DNA of 32,000 bases from Tannockella kyphosi (GTDB taxonomy: Bacteria > Bacillota_I > Bacilli_A > Erysipelotrichales > Coprobacillaceae), in assembly GCF_021054785.1 (NCBI RefSeq), contig NZ_CP088239.1, forward strand, positions 330,001 through 362,000, given 5' to 3'. A program made the position numbers and the translations under genes. Shown piece after piece: positions 1 to 9,697 of this stretch; position 1 is the stretch's first letter, and each line of letters begins with the position of its first letter. A model generated the notes under the pieces. That model ran no database searches. It had not been told where the DNA came from and worked only from the letters and a program-made list of their open reading frames with translations.

Positions 1-2
1 TT

Positions 3-164
3 GAAAATTTTATGAATATGATATATGAAAGAGAATATGATGCAGAGTTATTAGAGGAAGGAATTGCTTTTATGAATACCCATAAACAAGCAAACCGAAT
101 CAAGTGTGCAACATTAGGTTGGACAGGTGTTACACAAATATTAGAAAGTAGCCAGGAGGGATAA
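3..164 (+). CDS. sufU: SufU/IscU-type Fe-S cluster scaffold, C-terminal fragment (5' end outside window)
   Basis: Frame open from the window edge: ...[35 protein letters not shown]. The RIKCATL-W motif is typical of SufU. TAA stop at 162-164, 1 nt before the sufB ATG. Confidence 0.7.
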   Translation, partial: ENFMNMIYEREYDAELLEEGIAFMNTHKQANRIKCATLGWTGVTQILESSQEG

Positions 165-165
165 G

Positions 166-1572
166 ATGTCAGATATAAAAAATACCATTCCTAGCGATGA
201 ATATGCTTATGGTTTTAATGATGGAGATGTTTCTGTTTATAAAACAAGCGTAGGTTTAAATGAAGATATTGTTCGTGAAATATCAAAAATAAAAAAAGAA
301 CCAGAATGGATGTTAGAGTTTCGTTTAAAAGCTTTCCGTCATTTTGAAAAAACACCAATGCCTACATGGGGTGTTGATTTGTCTTTTTTAAATTTTGATG
401 ATTATACTTATTACATTAAACCAAGTGATAAACAAGAACAATCATGGGATGAAGTACCAGAAAAAATTAAAGATACATTTGATAAACTTGGTATTCCTGA
501 AGCAGAACAAAAGTTCTTAGCAGGAGTTAGTACGCAATATGAATCAGAAGTAGTTTATCATAACATGTTACAAGAAGTGGAAGATAAAGGAGTTATTTTC
601 TTAGATACAGATAGTGCTTTAAGAGAACATCCAGAAATATTTAAAAAATATTTTAATAGTGTCATTGCTTATAGTGATAATAAGTTTTCTGCATTAAATG
701 GAGCTGTTTGGTCAGGAGGGTCATTTATTTATGTTCCTCCAGGTGTTGTATTGGATAAACCATTACAGTCTTATTTCCGTATCAATTCTGAACAAATGGG
801 ACAATTTGAAAGAACTTTAATTATTGTAGATGAGGGTGCAAGTGTACATTATGTAGAAGGATGTACTGCTCCTACTTATTCAAAAGATTCTTTGCATGCT
901 GCAGTAGTAGAAATAGTTGTATTAGATGGTGGTAGTTGTCGTTATTCAACTGTCCAAAACTGGTCTACTAATATTTTAAATCTTGTAACAAAAAGAGCGA
1001 TTTGTAAGAAAAATGCATCCATGGAATGGATTGATGGAAATATAGGTAGTGCCATAACAATGAAGTATCCTGCTTGTGTATTAGCTGGTGAGGGTGCCAA
1101 AGGAACATGTATTACCATTGCTGTAGCAGGAGTCAATCAAATTATTGATTCTGGTGCTAAAATGATTCATGCTGCTAGAAATACTTCTAGTAATATTATT
1201 TCTAAATCAGTAGCTAGAAATGGTGGAAAAGTAGATTACCGAGGGTTAGTAAAACATTTACCTGGAGCATATAATGCAAAGAGTAAAGTAGAATGTGATA
1301 CATTGATTTTAGATCGTGAATCTTCTAGTGATACGATTCCAGTTAATCATGTCCTTAATAATGATTCATTAATTGAACATGAAGCAACGGTATCAAAAAT
1401 ATCAGAAGATCAATTATTCTATTTGATGTCTCGTGGTTTATCGAAAAAAGAAGCAACAGAAATGATTGTGATGGGATTCATTGAACCATTCTCAAGAGAA
1501 TTACCAATGGAATACGCAGTAGAATTAAATCAATTAATTAAGTTAGACTTTGGAGACCAAGGAATTGGATAA
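166..1572 (+). CDS. sufB: Fe-S cluster assembly protein SufB
   Basis: 468-aa ORF with SufB-like sequence throughout (e.g. [43 protein letters not shown]). GGAGG lies upstream of the ATG and the gene follows sufU. Confidence 0.93.
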   Translation: MSDIKNTIPSDEYAYGFNDGDVSVYKTSVGLNEDIVREISKIKKEPEWMLEFRLKAFRHFEKTPMPTWGVDLSFLNFDDYTYYIKPSDKQEQSWDEVPEKIKDTFDKLGIPEAEQKFLAGVSTQYESEVVYHNMLQEVEDKGVIFLDTDSALREHPEIFKKYFNSVIAYSDNKFSALNGAVWSGGSFIYVPPGVVLDKPLQSYFRINSEQMGQFERTLIIVDEGASVHYVEGCTAPTYSKDSLHAAVVEIVVLDGGSCRYSTVQNWSTNILNLVTKRAICKKNASMEWIDGNIGSAITMKYPACVLAGEGAKGTCITIAVAGVNQIIDSGAKMIHAARNTSSNIISKSVARNGGKVDYRGLVKHLPGAYNAKSKVECDTLILDRESSSDTIPVNHVLNNDSLIEHEATVSKISEDQLFYLMSRGLSKKEATEMIVMGFIEPFSRELPMEYAVELNQLIKLDFGDQGIG

Positions 1573-2095
1573 AAAAGTAATTCGTAAAAAGATGATAAAA
1601 AAAAGACAAGGCTTATCAATGTTAGAATATAACGATAAGTCTTGTTCTATTATAACAAGACTGCGTAATCATCCTTTTTATAAAGAAGCAAAAACAATTG
1701 GTATTTATGTATCTTTTAATAAAGAAGTAGATACTTACTCTTATTTAGATTTACTTTGCCAAGAAAAACAAGTATGTATTCCTAAAACAAAAGGAAAAGA
1801 AATGGATTTTTTTGTTTATGATAAAAATAATTTAGAAGAGAATCAATATGGTATTTTAGAAACAAAAGATAGTCAAAAAATAAAAAAAGAAAATATTGAT
1901 TTATTGGTTATTCCTTTAGTAGCATATCATGATAGTGGGTATCGAGTTGGATATGGTGGAGGATATTATGATCGTTATTTAAAGGATTATAAGGGGCATA
2001 CCATTGGATTAGCTTTTGAGTTTCAAAAGATAGAGGAGATAGATTTTGAGGAGTTTGATCAAAAGGTTGAATTAGTGATTCATGAAAATAATTAG
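1550..2095 (+). CDS. 5-formyltetrahydrofolate cyclo-ligase
   Basis: 181 aa, N-terminal K-x-IRKK-x4-R pattern and C-terminal [11 protein letters not shown] motif typical of the MTHFS family. Overlaps the sufB end by 23 nt; an alternative start exists at 1592. Confidence 0.8.
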   Translation: METKELDKKVIRKKMIKKRQGLSMLEYNDKSCSIITRLRNHPFYKEAKTIGIYVSFNKEVDTYSYLDLLCQEKQVCIPKTKGKEMDFFVYDKNNLEENQYGILETKDSQKIKKENIDLLVIPLVAYHDSGYRVGYGGGYYDRYLKDYKGHTIGLAFEFQKIEEIDFEEFDQKVELVIHENN

Positions 2096-2145
2096 ACAAA
2101 AGAAGAATATTTGTTATAATAGATATGAAAAAGTGGGTGAAAACA

Positions 2146-3561
2146 ATGTCTAGAGAAGCTTCTTTAGCTAAAAATACAATGATTTTAGCACTTGGTACAT
2201 TCTTACCAAGAATTATTAGTTTGTTAACTACACCAATTATTACTGCTTATACACAAGGTGATGGATATGGTTATATTAGCTTATTAACTACAACAGTTTT
2301 ATCTTTTGTAGTTCCTTTAGCGACACTACAATTAGAACAAGCTTTCTTTCGTTTCTTAATTAATGCAAGAAATGATCATGAAAAGAGTGTTATTATTAGT
2401 AGTGGTATTTTTATTGTTTTTGGTGTAATGCTTTTGGTGTCATTAGGTTGTATGATTTTACCTTTTATAGATTTAACAGGATTTTGGTTATTTCTTTTGA
2501 TTTTATATATTTGGATTGAAGTATTTTGTCAGATTATGAGATTTATTTTACGATCATTTGCAATGTATAAGGAATATTCTTTTTTAGCAGCAATGGTGGT
2601 AGTTGTTAATTTTGTTATCTTATGTGTGTGTTTAATTGTATTTGAAATAGGATATATGGGTGTGTTGATTGCGTTAACTTTGGCTGATATAGTTGGAATA
2701 TGTTATTCAACCTATAAAACACAAATATTTAAATATATTCATATTAAGAATTTTGAATTTAATCAAGCAAAAGAAATGTTGTTTTATGCATGTCCATTTA
2801 TTCCTAATGCAGTAGCTTGGTATATTAATCAGATGTCTGATCAATGGATTATTACTTTATTTTTAGGTTTGACATCGAATGGGATTTATATTATTGCAAC
2901 AAAAGTACCAGCTATTTTAAATTTAATATATCCAGCTTTCAACTTAGCATGGACAGAATCAGCAACACGTAGTGTAGAAGATAGTGATAGTGATGATTAT
3001 TATGGAAGAATGTTTAAAGTAATATATTGTTTATTATCGGCAGGAACTGCAGGGTTGGTAGCTATTTCACCATTCTTATTTGCTTTCTTTAATCAAAATC
3101 CAGAATTGGATGCAGGATTTATATATACTCCAATTTTAGTGATTGGGGCATGTTTTTCATGTTTTGCACAATTCTTTTCTAGTATTTATGTTGCTTTAAA
3201 AGAAGGTAAAAATATGATGGTAACAACAGTTACTGCGGCTTTTTTAAATGTTGTTTTGAATTTGTTGTTTGTTAAGAAGTTTGGTATCATTGCTGCCGTA
3301 TTTGCTACGGTTATTTCAAATGCTACTTTAGCAGGATATCGTTATTATGATATTAATAAACGTTATTGTGCTTTAAAAATACCAAGACGAATGATTTTGT
3401 TTACTGTCTTTGTTTTCTTATTAACTGTTGTTTTAAGTTTACAAGGGGTGTTATGGATTAATGTTGTAAATGTTTGTATTTCAGTTATCTTTGCTTATGT
3501 GGTGGCAGGAGATATTGTAAAAATAATGCTTATGTCTATAGTAAAGAAAATAAAAAGATAA
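2146..3561 (+). CDS. MOP-superfamily polysaccharide/lipid-linked oligosaccharide flippase (Wzx/SpoVB/MurJ-like)
   Basis: Multi-TM ~470-aa ORF with 'polysaccharide biosynthesis protein' type composition. I prefer the ATG at 2146 (GGGTGA SD 6 nt upstream) over the ORF-track ATG at 2125, which sits 5 nt after a TATAAT box (2115-2120). Confidence 0.7.
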   Translation: MSREASLAKNTMILALGTFLPRIISLLTTPIITAYTQGDGYGYISLLTTTVLSFVVPLATLQLEQAFFRFLINARNDHEKSVIISSGIFIVFGVMLLVSLGCMILPFIDLTGFWLFLLILYIWIEVFCQIMRFILRSFAMYKEYSFLAAMVVVVNFVILCVCLIVFEIGYMGVLIALTLADIVGICYSTYKTQIFKYIHIKNFEFNQAKEMLFYACPFIPNAVAWYINQMSDQWIITLFLGLTSNGIYIIATKVPAILNLIYPAFNLAWTESATRSVEDSDSDDYYGRMFKVIYCLLSAGTAGLVAISPFLFAFFNQNPELDAGFIYTPILVIGACFSCFAQFFSSIYVALKEGKNMMVTTVTAAFLNVVLNLLFVKKFGIIAAVFATVISNATLAGYRYYDINKRYCALKIPRRMILFTVFVFLLTVVLSLQGVLWINVVNVCISVIFAYVVAGDIVKIMLMSIVKKIKR

Positions 3562-3581
3562 GTGAAAACTTATCTTTTTTT
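3553..3581 (+). terminator. Rho-independent terminator after the flippase gene
   Basis: AAAAGATAAG (3553-3562) / CTTATCTTTT (3569-3578) stem, 6-nt loop, then a T-run. It spans the flippase stop and the ORF-track GTG start of the next ORF. Confidence 0.6.
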
Positions 3582-3591
3582 GGAGGGAAAA

Positions 3592-3828
3592 ATGAACTAC
3601 GTATATATCGTATTATGCAATGATGGGACATACTATACAGGTTGGACGAATGATTTGGAAAAACGTATAGAAACGCATAACCTTGGTAAAGGTGCAAAGT
3701 ATACTCGTGCAAGGACACCTGTTGTTTTAGTTTACCATGAAGTTTTTCTTACGAAAAAAGAGGCAATGTCTAGGGAATATAGATTGAAAAAGATGACTCG
3801 TAAACAAAAGGAAGCTTTGTTTTTATAA
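3592..3828 (+). CDS. GIY-YIG nuclease-superfamily protein (UPF0213-like)
   Basis: MNYVYIVLCNDGTYYTGWTNDLEKRIETHN... is a classic GIY-YIG N-terminus. GGAGGG SD at 3582-3587. The ORF-track start at 3562 lies inside the terminator hairpin. Confidence 0.8.
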   Translation: MNYVYIVLCNDGTYYTGWTNDLEKRIETHNLGKGAKYTRARTPVVLVYHEVFLTKKEAMSREYRLKKMTRKQKEALFL

Positions 3829-3906
3829 GTTTTTTTTCAATTTATTAAAAATGATTTATTCTTCTTTATAAAAGAGTATACTAAAGAAGAATAAGGAGGA
3901 AGTTCT

Positions 3907-5076
3907 ATGAATTTTAATTATTATATTCCAACAAGAATTGTGTTTGGAAAAGGGAGTTTAAAAGAATTAAAGAATTATAATTTACCAGGGAAAAAAGCAT
4001 TAATTGTAACTACAAATGGTACTTCTGTTGTTAAATATGGATATTTAAAAACAGTAACTGATCAATTAGATGATTTAGGGATAGAACATCATTTATTTAA
4101 TAAAATATTACCTAACCCTATTAAAGAACATGTAGATGAAGGTGGAGAATACTGTAAAGAAAATGGTATTGACTTTGTCATTGGATTAGGTGGAGGAAGT
4201 GCAATCGATGCTTCTAAAGCAATTGCCATAATGGCCACTAATCCTGGAGATTATTGGGATTATGTAGGTGGTGGTTCTGGAAAAGGGATGCCTGTTCCAA
4301 ATGATCCATTACCAATTGTTGCGATTACTACAACAGCGGGAACTGGAACAGAAGCAGACCCATGGACTGTTACTACAAAAGTAGATACGAATGAAAAAAT
4401 AGGGTTTGGTTATGATAAAACATTCCCAGTGCTAGCAATTGTAGATCCTGAAATCATGGTATCAGTACCAAAGCATTTGACTGCTTATCAAGGATTTGAT
4501 GCATTATTCCATAGTAGCGAAGGATATTTAAATACAACAAGCTATGTGATGAGTGATATGTATGCTTTAAAAGCAATTGAGTTAATTGGAAAATCTTTAG
4601 CAAAAGCAGTAGCGGAAGGAACAGATATTGATGCAAGAGGAGATGTTGCCTTAGCTAATACACTAGCAGGAATGGTTGAATCAACTTCTGGATGTACTAG
4701 TGAACATAGTATTGCTCATGCAATTAGTGCTTTCCATTCTAACTTTGAACATGGAGCTGCGTTGATAGCGATTAGTAAAGAATATTATACACATATGGCT
4801 AGTAATCCAGTTTGTGAAGAAAGAATGATTACAATGGCTAAAGCATTAGGGAAATGCGATGCGACATGTGCAATGGATTTTGTTAGTGCATTAGTTGAAT
4901 TACAAGTTGCTTGTGGAGTAGATAATATTGAAATGTCATCTTATGGTATGAAAAAAGAAGAATTAAATCAATATGTTGTGAATGCAAGAGATACAATGGG
5001 TGGTTTATATACGGTTGATCCTTTTGAAGTAACAGATAAAGCAGTTTTAGAAATATTAGAAAAATCATATAAATAA
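3907..5076 (+). CDS. Iron-containing (group III) alcohol dehydrogenase
   Basis: 389 aa with GLGGGSAIDASKAIA and the later His-rich metal-site region (HSIAHAISAFHSNFEHGAA). AAGGAGG SD. Confidence 0.85.
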   Translation: MNFNYYIPTRIVFGKGSLKELKNYNLPGKKALIVTTNGTSVVKYGYLKTVTDQLDDLGIEHHLFNKILPNPIKEHVDEGGEYCKENGIDFVIGLGGGSAIDASKAIAIMATNPGDYWDYVGGGSGKGMPVPNDPLPIVAITTTAGTGTEADPWTVTTKVDTNEKIGFGYDKTFPVLAIVDPEIMVSVPKHLTAYQGFDALFHSSEGYLNTTSYVMSDMYALKAIELIGKSLAKAVAEGTDIDARGDVALANTLAGMVESTSGCTSEHSIAHAISAFHSNFEHGAALIAISKEYYTHMASNPVCEERMITMAKALGKCDATCAMDFVSALVELQVACGVDNIEMSSYGMKKEELNQYVVNARDTMGGLYTVDPFEVTDKAVLEILEKSYK

Positions 5077-5120
5077 AGTATAAGGCAAGGAATAGAACAT
5101 ATAGTAATGTAGGTGATTGT

Positions 5121-5741
5121 ATGAAAAAATTACTATTTTGTTTTGTCCTTGTTTTTTTATGTTTTTTTTCTTTTAGTTTTTTAATAGCTAGTAAAACAGA
5201 TGATATTGCAGAATATGAAATAAAAAGATTTTGTCAATTAGTAGTTAATGCAACAGCATCTAATTACACAATGGAAGGGATCGTATCTTCTAATGAAGAT
5301 ACGATTAGTATTGATATGTTACAAGCAAGCAATATTGCTTCACAAATAGTTTCAGAAATGGAAGAAGTATTCTTTTTAATTGAAGATGGGACATATCAAA
5401 AAAATGATAATTTATATCAATCTAGATTAAAAGAAATGAATGATCAAGGTGGAGTAATTGCAACTATTCCTTTAGGTTCTTTTTTAGATAACGCTTTTTT
5501 TATGAATATAGGGCCATCTATCCACCTAAAATATATTACGATGACTTATCTTACTAGTGAAGTAATAAAAGAAGTAGAGTCTTATGGTATTAATCATATG
5601 ATGATCGTTATTATACTAAAGGTTACGATTCATTTAAAAGTAGCAACCTTGTCTATTATGGATGAATTTACAAAAGTAATAGAATATCCATTGGTAATGG
5701 AAATAATACAAGGAGAGATTCCTCAATGGTATCAAAATTAG
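5121..5741 (+). CDS. yunB: Sporulation protein YunB
   Basis: N-terminal TM segment, then IPLGSFLDNAFFMNIGPSI and a C-terminal IQGEIPQWYQN that matches, as recalled, B. subtilis YunB (..VQGEVPQFYNG). Confidence 0.7.
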   Translation: MKKLLFCFVLVFLCFFSFSFLIASKTDDIAEYEIKRFCQLVVNATASNYTMEGIVSSNEDTISIDMLQASNIASQIVSEMEEVFFLIEDGTYQKNDNLYQSRLKEMNDQGGVIATIPLGSFLDNAFFMNIGPSIHLKYITMTYLTSEVIKEVESYGINHMMIVIILKVTIHLKVATLSIMDEFTKVIEYPLVMEIIQGEIPQWYQN

Positions 5742-6547
5742 AAGTATTATCTAGGTACTATCTAATTACAATAGATAGTTTAGAAGAAGATTATTTTGTT
5801 TATCAAAATCAAAATTATTATTTAAGTAACAAACAAATTCATTCTTTTGTATTGAATTATTATGAATATTATTTAGATAAGTTAGGGGTAGGAGGTTTTT
5901 TACAGGTAAAGAATTGTTATGGGAATTTTGATAGTGAGGGATATGTTTTGTATTGTTATCAAGCGTATGATATCGAATTAGAGAGATATTTCTTTCTTAC
6001 TAGTATGATGATTCCAAAAGAATTACTTGATATAAAAGAAATAAAGCAACAATGGTGTCTAATGATAGATGAAGCTAGAGCTAGTATATCAAAACATGCT
6101 AGTAGTATTCAATTAAATGAACAGTTTGTAGTACTATCTTATTACTATCAAGGTTTAGCAGAACATGCAGTTCAAATCATTAATTTGATTGAATATGCTA
6201 AAATACCTACTAGTATCCAACATAGAATTGTAAAACCACTTTATCGTTATATTGTGGCACCAGATAATCTTATTGTTAGTAGTAGGGTTCGAGATATTGC
6301 TTTGTGTTATAAACAAGGGGATATAGGGGAGGAAAAGTTGAAGGAATATATAGAACAGTTCTATTATTCAAAAGAGGAAATGATTTATTTGTATGCTAGA
6401 GTTTTGTTTCCTAGTCATTTTTTTCATCGTGAAAACGATGAAATGATTTTATTTTATCAACAATTGAATGTGGAAAGAATGAGAATGAAAAGACTTCATA
6501 GGCTTATTGGTCAATATGTTTATTTGCCAACTATTGATTGGATATAA
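5726..6547 (+). CDS. Hypothetical protein, possibly YutH/CotS-like spore-coat kinase-fold protein
   Basis: 273-aa ORF overlapping the yunB end by 16 nt (coupled). The family call rests only on a vague resemblance and the sporulation context. Confidence 0.3.
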   Translation: MVSKLEVLSRYYLITIDSLEEDYFVYQNQNYYLSNKQIHSFVLNYYEYYLDKLGVGGFLQVKNCYGNFDSEGYVLYCYQAYDIELERYFFLTSMMIPKELLDIKEIKQQWCLMIDEARASISKHASSIQLNEQFVVLSYYYQGLAEHAVQIINLIEYAKIPTSIQHRIVKPLYRYIVAPDNLIVSSRVRDIALCYKQGDIGEEKLKEYIEQFYYSKEEMIYLYARVLFPSHFFHRENDEMILFYQQLNVERMRMKRLHRLIGQYVYLPTIDWI

Positions 6548-6568
6548 AAAAACAACCCGAAGGTTGTC
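6545..6568 (-). terminator. Terminator of the tRNA operon (may also serve the convergent + strand ORF)
   Basis: ACAACC (6552-6557) cgaa GGTTGT (6562-6567). On the minus strand the hairpin is followed by TTTTTT. Confidence 0.65.
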
Positions 6569-6580
6569 TTGTTTATCATT

Positions 6581-6654
6581 TGGAGCGGGTGATGGGAATC
6601 GAACCCACGTAGTCAGCTTGGAAGGCTGAAGTTCTACCATTGAACTACACCCGC
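6581..6654 (-). tRNA. tRNA-Gly (anticodon TCC)
   Basis: Reverse complement GCGGGTGTAGTTCAATGGTAGAAC..CCTTCCAAG..GGTTCGATTCCC..CACCCGCTCCA. Cloverleaf arms, TCC in the anticodon loop, CCA encoded. Confidence 0.93.
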
Positions 6655-6660
6655 AAAAAA

Positions 6661-6749
6661 TGGTGCCCAGGGCCGGAATCGAACCGGCACGGATTTTAAG
6701 GTCCGCAGGATTTTAAGTCCTGTGCGTCTACCAGTTTCGCCACCTGGGC
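6661..6749 (-). tRNA. tRNA-Leu (anticodon TAA)
   Basis: Reverse complement GCCCAGGTGGCGAAACTGGTAGACGCACAGGACTTAAAATCCTG.. with long variable arm, GGTTCGATTCC T-loop, CCA encoded. Confidence 0.93.
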
Positions 6750-6773
6750 ATGGCTTAATGCTTCTATAAAAAA

Positions 6774-6849
6774 TGGTGACCCGCAGGCGACTCGAACGCC
6801 TGACCCTCTGATTAAAAGTCAGATGCTCTACCAACTGAGCTAGCAGGTC
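6774..6849 (-). tRNA. tRNA-Lys (anticodon TTT)
   Basis: Reverse complement GACCTGCTAGCTCAGTTGGTAGAGCATCTGACTTTTAATCAGAGGGTCAGGCGTTCGAGTCGCCTGCGGGTCACCA. Confidence 0.93.
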
Positions 6850-6858
6850 TTGTTTATT

Positions 6859-6934
6859 TGGCTGGGGTACCTGGATTCGAACCAGGGGGATGACAGAGTC
6901 AAAGTCTGTTGCCTTACCGCTTGGCTATACCCCA
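6859..6934 (-). tRNA. tRNA-Gln (anticodon TTG)
   Basis: Reverse complement TGGGGTATAGCCAAGCGGTAAGGCAACAGACTTTGACTCTGTCATCCCCTGGTTCGAATCCAGGTACCCCAGCCA. The 7-bp acceptor stem pairs perfectly. Confidence 0.92.
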
Positions 6935-6938
6935 AGAA

Positions 6939-7022
6939 TGGTGGAGAAGGGCGGATTCGAACCACCGAACCGTTAGGAACTGAGTTACAGTCAGCCGCGT
7001 TTAGCCTCTTCGCTACTTCTCC
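6939..7022 (-). tRNA. tRNA-Tyr (anticodon GTA)
   Basis: Reverse complement GGAGAAGTAGCGAAGAGGCTAAACGCGGCTGACTGTAACTCAGTT.. with long variable arm, GGTTCGAATCC, CCA encoded. Confidence 0.92.
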
Positions 7023-7026
7023 ATTA

Positions 7027-7102
<76 letters not shown>

Positions 7103-7115
7103 ATTAACTAAAAAA

Positions 7116-7191
7116 TGGTGGAGGTTAACGGGCTCGAACCGCTGACCCTCTGCTTGTAAGGCAGATGCTCTCCCAACTGAGCTAAACCTCC
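7116..7191 (-). tRNA. tRNA-Val (anticodon TAC)
   Basis: Reverse complement GGAGGTTTAGCTCAGTTGGGAGAGCATCTGCCTTACAAGCAGAGGGTCAGCGGTTCGAGCCCGTTAACCTCCACCA. Confidence 0.93.
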
Positions 7192-7212
7192 ATGACTTTC
7201 CAGTGCCATTAC

Positions 7213-7241
7213 ATATTAGCATTTCCATTATCGATAGTCAA
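7213..7241 (-). promoter_or_regulatory. Sigma-A type promoter of the tRNA operon
   Basis: Minus strand reads TTGACT (7241-7236), 17 nt, TAATAT (7218-7213), about 20 nt upstream of tRNA-Val. Confidence 0.55.
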
Positions 7242-7249
7242 TCTTTTTT

Positions 7250-7281
7250 TTAAAAAAAAGGAACGCATTTTTTGCGTTCCG
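7250..7281 (-). terminator. Rho-independent terminator of pgi
   Basis: GGAACGC (7260-7266) / GCGTTCC (7274-7280). On the minus strand it is followed by TTTTTTTT (plus-strand A-run 7252-7259). It begins 10 nt after the pgi stop. Confidence 0.8.
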
Positions 7282-7290
7282 ACTAACTTG

Positions 7291-8574
7291 TTATTTTGCA
7301 CCAGGTTTCCCTAATAATTTAAACATATTTGCTTTATAAACTTCAACACCAGGTTGATCAAATGGATTTACTTCTAACATATATACGGACATAGCACATG
7401 CTTTTTCAAAGAAATAAACCATGAATCCAAATCCTTTTGCATCCATTTTATCTAAAGATAATAAGATGTTTGGAACATTCCCAGTTACTACATGAGCTTC
7501 AATTGTTCCTTCACATGCTTTTTTATTTACCCAATCTACTGATTTACCAGCTAAGTAGTTTAGGTTATCTAAATCATCTTTATCACTAGGAACAGTTAAG
7601 TCTTTAGCAGGAGTTGCAACTTGTAAAATTGTTTCAAATACTACTTTAGAACCGTCTTGGATAAATTGACCTAAAGAGTGAAGATCTGTAGAGAAAGTAG
7701 CACTTGTAGGTAATATACCTTTGCTTTCTTTTCCTTCTGATTCTCCAAATAATTGTTTCCACCATTCTGCAACCATTGTGAATTGTGATTCATAAGTAAC
7801 AAACATTTCTGCAGGATATCCAGCTTTATGTAACATTTGTCTTGCTACACCATATTGGTAAGCAACATTTGTTTCTAAGTCTTCATTGTTATATAAATCC
7901 ATTGCTTCTTTTGCTCCACCTAACATTTCTTCAATGTCAATACCAGCCATAGCAATTGGGAATAAACCAACACCAGTTAATACAGAATAACGCCCACCAA
8001 CATCATCAGGTACTACAAAAGTAGTATATCCTTCATTTGTTGCAAGTGTTTTTAGGGCACCTCTTGCTTTATCTGTAGTAGCTACAATTCTTCTTTGTGC
8101 TTTTTCTTTACCATATCTAGTTTCAGCTAATTCTTTAAATACTCTAAAAGCAATTGATGTTTCTGTTGTTGTTCCTGATTTTGAAATTACATTAATAGCA
8201 AACTCTTTATCTTCTAAATAATCAACAACTTGTGCTAAGTAAGTTGAAGAAAAAGTATTTCCTACATAAATTATTTCTACTTTATTTGTTGGGAATAAAC
8301 CATTTAGGGCATCAATAGCAGCACGTGCTCCTAAATAAGATCCCCCAATACCACAAACTAATAAAACATCTACTTCTTCTTGTAACATAGCTGCAGTTTT
8401 CTTAATTAAAGCTACTTCTTCTTTATCATAATTTTCTGGTAATGCAACCCAACCTAAGAAGTCATTTCCTTTACCAGTTTTGTTGTGAATCATGTGATGG
8501 ATGTCTTTTACGGTTTCTTTATAAGAAGACATTTCTTCACTAAGTTTTGCATGTTGTAAATCGATAGTAATCAT
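7291..8574 (-). CDS. pgi: Glucose-6-phosphate isomerase
   Basis: Firmicute-type short PGI ([11 protein letters not shown]...[16 protein letters not shown]...GGRYSVLT...). ATG at 8574 has GAGGAGG 8 nt upstream. The ORF-track start at 8610 adds 12 residues overlapping the upstream gene. Confidence 0.93.
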   Translation of the reverse strand: MITIDLQHAKLSEEMSSYKETVKDIHHMIHNKTGKGNDFLGWVALPENYDKEEVALIKKTAAMLQEEVDVLLVCGIGGSYLGARAAIDALNGLFPTNKVEIIYVGNTFSSTYLAQVVDYLEDKEFAINVISKSGTTTETSIAFRVFKELAETRYGKEKAQRRIVATTDKARGALKTLATNEGYTTFVVPDDVGGRYSVLTGVGLFPIAMAGIDIEEMLGGAKEAMDLYNNEDLETNVAYQYGVARQMLHKAGYPAEMFVTYESQFTMVAEWWKQLFGESEGKESKGILPTSATFSTDLHSLGQFIQDGSKVVFETILQVATPAKDLTVPSDKDDLDNLNYLAGKSVDWVNKKACEGTIEAHVVTGNVPNILLSLDKMDAKGFGFMVYFFEKACAMSVYMLEVNPFDQPGVEVYKANMFKLLGKPGAK

Positions 8575-8576
8575 TG

Positions 8577-8972
8577 TTATTCCTCCTCTATTACGCCTTT
8601 TTCTAACCATGATGGTAATGCTTGTTGTAAGGGTGCGAATCCATTAGGTGTTTCTACAATAAATCTTCTAGGATTTTTGTAATAAACTCGTTTTTCTCTA
8701 CGTCGATATGTTTTATCAATTGCCTTTAGGCTTAGCTTTGCATGGCTTGTAGCGTTATCAAAGTCTAATACTTTTACCTTTACGACATCTCCCACTGCGA
8801 CGAAGCTTTCGATACTTTTTACAAATTTTTCTGAAATTTCTGAGATATGAATTAATCCCGTACTATTATCAGGTAGTGATGCAAAAGCACCATAAGGTTG
8901 GACACCTGTTATTTTGACATCAATAATGTCACCTCGTTGTATTTTCAATATATTCACCCCTTGCGAGGACAT
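8577..8972 (-). CDS. yugI: S1 RNA-binding domain protein (general stress protein 13 / YugI-like)
   Basis: S1 domain [29 protein letters not shown], and a C-terminal [13 protein letters not shown] resembling the YugI tail. Adjacent to pgi as in B. subtilis. The true start is probably the TTG at 8948 (see finding). Confidence 0.75.
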   Translation of the reverse strand: MSSQGVNILKIQRGDIIDVKITGVQPYGAFASLPDNSTGLIHISEISEKFVKSIESFVAVGDVVKVKVLDFDNATSHAKLSLKAIDKTYRRREKRVYYKNPRRFIVETPNGFAPLQQALPSWLEKGVIEEE

Positions 8973-9163
8973 TATATCATAAATAATGTCCTTTTTTTAT
9001 CATAAAATGAAACTTTCTTAATGAAAATACTTTTTATCAAAAATAGATGCAATCAATCATAGTTACTAATGAGGATGTTGTAAGCAGATTGTATTTGATT
9101 ATTAAATTCTTAGTAACAATAGCTATTTTTGTGGTACAATAAAAAAGAAGAAGGAGTGATAGT

Positions 9164-9409
9164 ATGGAACAAGTAATCGAGGATATTAAAAAGGTAATTG
9201 ATAAATTAAGACCTTATCTTCAAAGAGATGGGGGAGACATAGAATTTGTTGAATTTATTGATGGTATTGTGTATGTGCGTATGTTAGGAGCATGTGCCGG
9301 ATGTTCAATGTTGGATGATACTCTAAAAGATGGGGTAGAACAAATTTTAATGGAAGAAATACCACAAGTATTAGAAGTACAAAATATTGCAAGTAATACA
9401 TTATTTTAA
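9164..9409 (+). CDS. NifU-like (Nfu/YutI-type) Fe-S cluster carrier domain protein
   Basis: 81 aa with LRPYLQRDGGDIEFV...GACAGCSMLDDTLK, the Nfu C-terminal domain CxxC motif. AAGGAG SD. Confidence 0.85.
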   Translation: MEQVIEDIKKVIDKLRPYLQRDGGDIEFVEFIDGIVYVRMLGACAGCSMLDDTLKDGVEQILMEEIPQVLEVQNIASNTLF

Positions 9410-9573
9410 TACTAATTTGAAACAAAGATGGGATAAAAAATCTTGAAAAGCATGGTATACTAATATTGTTATAAAAATGCTTGCATTTTAAAACATTTTA
9501 TATTAATATATTTTTTGTTGGAAATTGGCGAATATTTTTATTCATCCTGGCTAAAATAATGCTAGGTGAAAAT

Positions 9574-9690
9574 ATGGAAAGAGTCAATCAACAATATCTA
9601 ATTGCGGAGATATTAAAGGATCTCGGGTTAGAAGAGGAAGTGATTAGTGCAATTACTTCTTTATCAATAGAAGAAATTAAAAACAAATAA
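9574..9690 (+). CDS. Small hypothetical protein (38 aa)
   Basis: ATG at 9574 preceded by AGGTGA (5-nt spacing): MERVNQQYLIAEILKDLGLEEEVISAITSLSIEEIKNK. The ORF-track TTG start at 9481 adds an implausible hydrophobic extension. Coding status is uncertain. Confidence 0.3.
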   Translation: MERVNQQYLIAEILKDLGLEEEVISAITSLSIEEIKNK

Positions 9691-9697
9691 TATAAAG

